From positions 211,321-275,320 of the forward strand of contig JAACJG010000004.1 in assembly GCA_009917695.1 (NCBI GenBank): DNA of 64,000 bases. The letters are read 5' to 3'. Positions 63,516 to 64,000 of this stretch are shown in pieces (the stretch's first letter is position 1; each line of letters starts with the position of its first letter). The notes beneath the pieces were generated by a model. It saw nothing but the letters and a program-made list of their open reading frames with translations. It was not told where the DNA came from and did no database searches. Made by a program: the position numbers and the translations under genes. This DNA comes from Candidatus Rifleibacterium amylolyticum. GTDB taxonomy: Bacteria > Muiribacteriota > Ozemobacteria > Ozemobacterales > Ozemobacteraceae.

Positions 63516-63953
63516 TTACCAGCTCATCTCGGTATTGTAGTGCTTCATTCTGATGTTTTTGATCTGGCGCTTGTTGGTCGCCGGAACATAGTCAATGAGT
63601 TCAGTCAATGTCGCCTGAAAAACCGGGTAGTCATCAGATGGATATTCGATGTCATCAGCCACTTCTACCAGAATTTTGCCGTTTCCGGCCAGCGGTTCGA
63701 GCAGCAGAGAAGTGGGTGGTTGCTGGAGATAAGGCCCCTGTAAAGATTCAAGCGTTGTCGGGTAGGCCATGTGGTCTCTAAAATAGCGAGAAATTGCATC
63801 GCGAACTACCTTCAGGTTGGTTCTGGCGGTTGCGATACGGGCGTCTTCTATATAATCGCCATAATAATTCAAGCCGACCCCGGCGAGGACGGCTATAATC
63901 GCGACCACTATAAGTATTTCCATCAGTGTAAAACCTGATGTTCTGCGGCTCAT
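63516..63953 (-). CDS. Canonical-size (145 aa) pseudopilin/pilin with a prepilin-type N-terminal cleavage/methylation domain
   Basis: MSRRTSG|FTLMEILIVVAIIAVLAGVGLNYY; lies immediately upstream of the platform gene. Confidence 0.75.
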   Translation of the reverse strand: MSRRTSGFTLMEILIVVAIIAVLAGVGLNYYGDYIEDARIATARTNLKVVRDAISRYFRDHMAYPTTLESLQGPYLQQPPTSLLLEPLAGNGKILVEVADDIEYPSDDYPVFQATLTELIDYVPATNKRQIKNIRMKHYNTEMSW

Positions 63954-64000
63954 TGGCTATTCACTCATCTTTCCTGTTTCACCATCTCGATCGTGCGGGT

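Overview
This 64-kb window comes from a diderm (Gram-negative-type) bacterium with about 55% GC, probably an uncultured lineage; I cannot assign the phylum from sequence alone. Coding density is high on both strands, genes are short and prokaryotic, and many stops overlap the next start (ATGA/TGATG junctions).

Recognisable core genes:
- RNA repair and modification: cinA C-terminus (partial), thpR, prmA, miaA, mutL, tsaE-tsaB-tsaD, a Ski2/HelY-like helicase.
- Metabolism: glgP (alpha-glucan phosphorylase) and a heme block hemB / radical-SAM / two AsnC-like decarboxylase subunits / hemL, which points to the siroheme-dependent alternative heme pathway.
- RNA genes: a five-tRNA operon Val-Asp-Phe-Cys-Asp with a near-consensus promoter and an intrinsic terminator.
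- Envelope and signalling: an AsmA-like protein followed by a STAS protein, a GAF/HD-GYP gene that runs into a HAMP / degenerate-cyclase / HEAT membrane protein, an LptA/OstA-like protein, and many secreted TPR or low-complexity proteins.

Three regions stand out.
1. The far end (53.9-64 kb, all on the minus strand) is a type II secretion / type IV pilus-like locus. It reads pseudopilin, GspF-like platform protein, secretin, then an array of seven tandem GspG-like pseudopilins. Each of the seven carries a roughly 100-aa C-terminal extension that ends in a conserved Cys-containing motif. Two of them are about 96% identical neighbours. A ninth paralog lies at 30.3 kb.
2. A small accessory island at 49.0-53.7 kb holds a RelE/ParE-type toxin pair, a PIN/ribbon-helix-helix pair, two Rpn (YhgA-like) PD-(D/E)XK nuclease genes and a DUF4926 gene, interleaved with a roughly 140-bp repeat family.
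3. Intergenic DNA across the window is crowded with several short repeat families. These include elements bounded by TTATCCGCAGATT inverted ends, GTCATTCTGCGCG palindromes, and roughly 110-bp units flanking the lptA-like gene. Three genes appear to be leaderless, each with a -10 box 7-8 nt before the ATG.

All calls rest on reading the sequence and on remembered family signatures. No database search was run.
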